NCBI GenBank assembly: GCA_023391535.1
Contig: JAEWAU010000077.1
Coordinates: 1 to 15,584 of the forward strand
Direction: 5' to 3'
Length of the DNA stretch: 15,584 nt
Source of the DNA: Bacillota bacterium
GTDB taxonomy: Bacteria > Bacillota > Clostridia > Oscillospirales > Ethanoligenentaceae
Under the pieces are notes generated by a model that saw only the letters and a list, made by a program, of their open reading frames with translations, was not told the origin of the DNA and made no database searches. A program made the position numbers and the translations under genes. Position 1 is the stretch's first letter. Each line of letters starts with the position of its first letter. Shown one piece after another: positions 14,254-15,584 of the stretch.

Positions 14254-15534
14254 TTGGTCATCTATGTGGTACGGCCCGGGGACAGCGTCTATTCCATCGC
14301 CCGGGCACACGGCGTCACGCCCGAAAGCGTCATCCGCACCAACCGGCTCGCAAACCCCGCGCAGCTCGTCGTGGGGCAGGCGCTGCTGCTCCCCGTGCAG
14401 GGCTACGAATACACGGTGCGCAGCGGCGACACCGTCTATTCCATCGCGCGCGCCACAGGCGCGAGCCAGGCGTCCATTTTCCGGGCGAACCCGCAGATTC
14501 CCCAGAGCGGCGCGCTCTCGCCCGGGCAGGTGCTCATAATCCCCGCGCCGGAGCCGAAGCTCGGCACCATCGAGGTCAACGGCTACATATTCCCCGGCTC
14601 CAATGAGCAGGTGGTGCGCGACGCGCTGCCCTCCCTCACCTATCTGAGCGTTTTTTCCCACGAGGTTGCCGCGGACGGCACCCTCAGCACCGTGGACGAC
14701 GCCAAATGGATTGCCATGGCGCGTGCGGCGCGCGTGGCGCCCATCATGGTGGTGGCGAACATCCGCCCCTCGGGCGGCTTCTCCAGCGATATTGCCGGCG
14801 CCGTCCTCGCCACTCCCGAAACGCGAAGCAAGCTCATCGACATCATCGCGAGCACCATGCAGCGCAAGAACTACTACGGCGTGAACATGGACCTCGAGTA
14901 CATCCGGCCCGAGGACCGCGAAAATTACAACCAGTTCCTGCGCGAGCTTTCGGCGCGGCTGGGGCAGCTGGGCGCTCCGCTGCTCACCGCCGTGGCGCCC
15001 AAGGTCTCGGCCACGCAGCAGGGCCTTCTCTACGAGGCGCACGACTACCCCGTGCACGGCGAGGTGGCCAACCGCGTCATCCTCATGACCTACGAATGGG
15101 GCTACCTCGCGGGCCCGCCGCAAGCCGTGGCGCCGCTCGACCAGGTTCGCCGTGTGCTGGAATACGCCGTAACGGCCATTCCGCCCCAGAAGATCCTCAT
15201 GGGGGTGCCCAACTACGGGTACGACTGGACCCTTCCCTACCGGCGCGGGACGCTCGCCACCACGTTCTCGAACGTCGAAGCCGTAAACCGCGCCTTCCGC
15301 AACAACGCCGAGATCCAGTTCGACCAAACGGCCCAGTCTCCGTTTTTCAACTACACCGACGCCCAGGGCCGCCAGCATGTGGTGTGGTTCGAGGATGTGC
15401 GCTCGCTTCGGCAGAAATTCCTGCTCGTGCACGAGCTCGGCCTCGCAGGCATCAGTTACTGGACCATTGAGCGCCCCTTCCCACAGAACCTGGCGCTGTT
15501 AAACTCCATGTACGATGTGAAAAAGCTGCTGTAA
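14254..15534 (+). CDS. Spore peptidoglycan hydrolase of the YaaH/SleL type: two N-terminal LysM domains and a GH18 catalytic domain.
   Basis: LysM1 YVVRPGDSVYSIARAHGVTPESVIRTN; LysM2 YTVRSGDTVYSIARATGASQASIFRAN. GH18 active-site region YYGVNMDLEYIRPED resembles YaaH DGVNIDFE. Start uncertain: TTG 14254 lies 11 nt after AAAGGA; in-frame GTG 14245 and the track's GTG 14170 are less plausible. Confidence 0.8.
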   Translation: MVIYVVRPGDSVYSIARAHGVTPESVIRTNRLANPAQLVVGQALLLPVQGYEYTVRSGDTVYSIARATGASQASIFRANPQIPQSGALSPGQVLIIPAPEPKLGTIEVNGYIFPGSNEQVVRDALPSLTYLSVFSHEVAADGTLSTVDDAKWIAMARAARVAPIMVVANIRPSGGFSSDIAGAVLATPETRSKLIDIIASTMQRKNYYGVNMDLEYIRPEDRENYNQFLRELSARLGQLGAPLLTAVAPKVSATQQGLLYEAHDYPVHGEVANRVILMTYEWGYLAGPPQAVAPLDQVRRVLEYAVTAIPPQKILMGVPNYGYDWTLPYRRGTLATTFSNVEAVNRAFRNNAEIQFDQTAQSPFFNYTDAQGRQHVVWFEDVRSLRQKFLLVHELGLAGISYWTIERPFPQNLALLNSMYDVKKLL

Positions 15535-15584
15535 ACGCACCCGTTTTTCAAAAAGGCCGCCGCAAAACACCCTCGGCGGGGGGT

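Noticed and set aside
14002-15432. 476-aa minus ORF antisense to the yaaH-like gene. Also plus ORF 14706..15470, and the N-terminal extension (14010..14261) of the DUF1648 ORF.
   Set aside because: High-GC mirror ORFs. The extension crosses the yaaH promoter direct repeats and has no RBS. MPETG at 14009 begins the conserved DUF1648 domain.
1-15584. Poly-G runs at both ends of the window (gggggggcac... / ...cggcggggggt). CRISPR arrays, rRNA/tRNA genes and transposase/integrase genes were looked for.
   Set aside because: The terminal G-runs look like contig-end or sequencing artefacts rather than biology. No CRISPR-like repeat-spacer array, tRNA cloverleaf or transposase ORF could be supported from the sequence.

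Overview
High-GC (about 63-65%) Firmicutes/Clostridia-type chromosomal segment, inferred from the sporulation gene content. All taxonomy and product calls are by eye; no homology search was run. Gene order: hypothetical protein; FAD-dependent oxidoreductase; a minus-strand, translationally coupled operon of a GPH-family MFS sugar symporter and a GH2 glycosidase; a flotillin (SPFH/band-7) protein; a TspO/MBR tryptophan-rich membrane protein; a MazF/PemK-type endoribonuclease with no antitoxin nearby; two small CotF-family spore coat proteins; an alpha/beta-type SASP (minus strand); a DacB/DacF-like D-Ala-D-Ala carboxypeptidase; an Rrf2-family Fe-S regulator; a DUF1648/SdpI-like membrane protein; and a YaaH/SleL-like 2xLysM + GH18 spore peptidoglycan hydrolase. 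Most of the long six-frame ORFs are high-GC artefacts on the wrong strand or frame. The most striking non-coding signal is a family of about 100-110 nt intergenic elements. At least five copies occur, in both orientations, and a possible degenerate sixth. Their ends are conserved (begin GCAGCATTTCCAGAAAAG, end TTTTTATGGAATTGC) and an internal hairpin shows compensatory base changes between copies. Two copies form the complete 5' leaders of mazF and the dac gene. One of these starts at the predicted transcription start of a near-consensus extended -10 sigma-A promoter. Other notable items are a triple 12-bp direct repeat upstream of the yaaH-like gene, a tandem 19-nt GC-rich repeat in the tspO/mazF divergent region, and a 12-bp perfect palindrome over the Rrf2 promoter.
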